Assembly: GCA_017505015.1 (NCBI GenBank)
Contig: JAFVQA010000138.1
Coordinates: 1-37,579 of the forward strand
Reading direction: 5' to 3'
Source: Clostridia bacterium
GTDB lineage: Bacteria > Bacillota > Clostridia > Christensenellales > CAG-314
DNA: 37,579 bases
In this document: piece by piece, positions 36,222-37,579 of the stretch
How positions within the stretch are numbered: the stretch's first letter is position 1
Layout: each line of letters starts with the position of its first letter
Notes under the pieces: generated by a model
Seen by the model: the letters and a program-made list of their open reading frames with translations, nothing else
The model's database searches: none
Told to the model about the DNA's origin: nothing
Program-made: the position numbers and the translations under genes

Positions 36222-37271
36222 TTAAACTTTAGTGCCACACTCCGGACAGAATTTTGCACCACTGCTGAGAGTTGCACCACAACCAGAACAAACGTTGGCA
36301 GATGCCTGTTTTGCACCGCATTCACTGCAGAATTTTGCAGCAGGTGCTATTTTAGAACCACATTCACTGCAGAATTTTGTTGCTTGTTTTGGTTTGTCTT
36401 CGGCATTTTGAATGTTGCTGAACACTCCGTTAAGTGCGCCACCCATATTCTGACCAAGGCCAACACCCATAAATGCACCGACACTGCCAGTATTTTTTGC
36501 AGCATCACCCAAAGCATCGGCAGCTTTCTTTTGAGCATAAACGCCCATTTTGTCGCCAAGAATGCCAAGTGTTGCTCTTTCGTCCAAAGCTTTTTCGATA
36601 TTTTCTGGGAAAGAAATGTTTTCTATAACAAAGTTGCAAAGTTCAAGACCCAAAACTTCAAACTTGCTTTGCATGTTTTGTTGGCAAATGTCGTTGAATT
36701 CTTGCAAATTGCTTGCCATGTCAAGTGCAGAAATTTTGCTTTCGGCAATAACGTCTGTCATACCCGAAATAAGCATGCTCTTGAGATATTCGTTAATATC
36801 TTCTACAGTAAACAAACTGTTTGTGCCAAACAATGCTTTAAGGAACAATGCAGGGTCAACAACTTTAAAGCTGAACGTGCCGTAACCACGCAAACGAATA
36901 ACGCCAAAGTCGTTGTCGCGCATTGTAATTGGGTTTGCAGTGCCCCATTTTTGGTTTGTAAACTGCTTTGTGTTTACAAAATAAACTTCTGACTTAAATT
37001 TGCTGTCGCCATCATAAAAAACGTGACCGATAGCAGTCAAAATTGGCAGGTTGCGAGTGTGAAGTTTGTAAAGGCCAGGGCCAAACACGTCGGCAATCTG
37101 ACCTTTGCACACAAACACAGCAGCTTGTGACTCACGAACAGTAAGTGACGAACCTGTCATAATTTCTCTTTCTTTTTTTCCATCGTGCATAGGAAAGCGA
37201 TAAACAATCGTTTCTTTACTGTCGTCTTTCCATTCTATGATTTTAAGGAGTTGACTCTTGAAAAAACCCAT
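36222..37271 (-). CDS. SPFH/band-7 domain protein with C-terminal double zinc ribbons, B. subtilis YdjI-like (349 aa)
   Basis: The N-terminus MGFFKSQLLKIIEWKD... and the SPFH-like core are as recalled for the COG4260/YdjI family. The tail is KFCSECG-7-KFCSECG and CSGCG-9-KFCPECG. AAGGAGA lies 5 nt before the ATG at 37271; the track start at 37301 is unsupported. Confidence 0.7.
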   Translation of the reverse strand: MGFFKSQLLKIIEWKDDSKETIVYRFPMHDGKKEREIMTGSSLTVRESQAAVFVCKGQIADVFGPGLYKLHTRNLPILTAIGHVFYDGDSKFKSEVYFVNTKQFTNQKWGTANPITMRDNDFGVIRLRGYGTFSFKVVDPALFLKALFGTNSLFTVEDINEYLKSMLISGMTDVIAESKISALDMASNLQEFNDICQQNMQSKFEVLGLELCNFVIENISFPENIEKALDERATLGILGDKMGVYAQKKAADALGDAAKNTGSVGAFMGVGLGQNMGGALNGVFSNIQNAEDKPKQATKFCSECGSKIAPAAKFCSECGAKQASANVCSGCGATLSSGAKFCPECGTKV

Positions 37272-37284
37272 AAAAATCTCCTTT

Positions 37285-37303
37285 ATTTGCAAATAATGCA
37301 AAT
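37285..37303 (-). promoter_or_regulatory. 7-bp inverted repeat between the promoter and RBS of the SPFH operon
   Basis: ATTTGCA-ttatt-TGCAAAT ends 6 nt before the AAGGAGA RBS. Confidence 0.3.
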
Positions 37304-37329
37304 TTCACTTAATAATATTTAATATAAAA

Positions 37330-37358
37330 AATATATCATTAAACTGTGCAAAAATCAA
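37330..37358 (-). promoter_or_regulatory. Candidate promoter of the SPFH operon
   Basis: Minus strand TTGATT-17 nt-TATATT in a very AT-rich spacer. Other registers are possible. Confidence 0.3.
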
Positions 37359-37411
37359 TATGGAAGCAAATAAAAAAAATCAGAAAGGGTAAAAATAATT
37401 TCAAAACAAAC

Positions 37412-37442
37412 AAAAAAAAGACGACTATCTCTAGTCGTCTTA
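37412..37442 (-). terminator. Intrinsic terminator of the rRNA operon
   Basis: Minus strand AAGACGACTAG-aga-TAGTCGTCTT followed by TTTTTTTT, directly after the 5S rRNA. Confidence 0.8.
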
Positions 37443-37445
37443 GTG

Positions 37446-37563
37446 GAAGCGGCAGCGTCTTAGCCTCCCGGGCCGTCGCCAGCCAAGTACTTTCCGCGCT
37501 GAAGAGCTTAACTTCTTTGTTCGGTATGAGAACAGGTGGGACCTCTTCGCCATTGCCACCGCT
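37446..37563 (-). rRNA. rrf: 5S ribosomal RNA (ends approximate to within 3 nt)
   Basis: The reverse complement reads GCGGUGGCAAUGGCGAAGAGGUCCCACCUGUUCUCAUACCGAACAAAGAAGUUAAGCUCUUCAGCGCGGAAAGUACUUGGCUGG...GCUGCCGC. This is near-identical in the conserved loops to Firmicute 5S. The 5' and 3' ends pair. Confidence 0.88.
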
Positions 37564-37579
37564 ATTGTATTACTCTGAC

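Noticed and set aside
36192-36992. 266-aa plus-strand ORF. Similar long plus-strand ORFs occur at 33928-34605, 2602-3240, 28953-29474, 26315-26815 and elsewhere.
   Set aside because: They lie antisense to well-supported minus-strand genes and have Cys/Phe/Asn/Val-rich, low-complexity compositions. They have no SD sequences and many begin at non-ATG codons. They are the usual stop-poor antisense frames of AT-rich, codon-biased genes.
1-37579. Mobile elements, CRISPR arrays, prophage or island boundaries, and alternative genetic code.
   Set aside because: I saw no direct-repeat arrays, no transposase, integrase or recombinase-like ORFs, no tRNA genes that could serve as attachment sites, and no abrupt shift in composition. 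Genes end with TAA and TGA, and Trp is encoded by TGG, so the standard code fits.

Overview
All supported genes lie on the minus strand of this low-GC, Firmicutes-like window. Reading right to left in the direction of transcription, the window contains six blocks. (1) The 3' end of an rRNA operon, with the 5S rRNA at about 37446-37563 and its terminator. (2) A self-contained three-gene operon: a YdjI-like SPFH protein, a YdjG-like zinc-ribbon membrane protein and a DUF1858 CxxC protein. (3) A very tightly packed six-gene block: an SbcD/YhaO-like nuclease, a membrane-inserted SbcC/YhaN-like ATPase, an ABC exporter, an AXE1-like alpha/beta-fold protein with no obvious GxSxG motif, DUF951 and signal peptidase I. 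(4) An orphan trpB2 with a structured leader that carries a Trp-containing mini-ORF overlapping an intrinsic terminator. (5) About 1 kb of AT-rich non-coding DNA holding a candidate sRNA and the S10 promoter with a long leader. (6) The complete S10-spc-alpha ribosomal cluster (rpsJ to rplQ, including secY, adk, map, a KOW protein, infA, rpmJ and rpoA), followed by a divergent G1PDH-like gene, pth, mfd, a PrsA-like lipoprotein, a MurJ/YabM-like flippase and the start of a YabN/MazG-like gene. rpmJ and the DUF951 gene are too short for the ORF track and were found by hand. Several track ORFs were trimmed to RBS-supported starts. I found no CRISPR array, transposase, integrase or recognisable defence cassette. 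The most interesting candidates are the trpB2 attenuator-like leader, the PspA-less SPFH/Zn-ribbon/DUF1858 module, the membrane-anchored Rad50/Mre11-like pair that heads a heterogeneous operon, and the orphan non-coding transcript upstream of the S10 operon. All functional calls come from motif recognition and synteny by eye. No database search was run.
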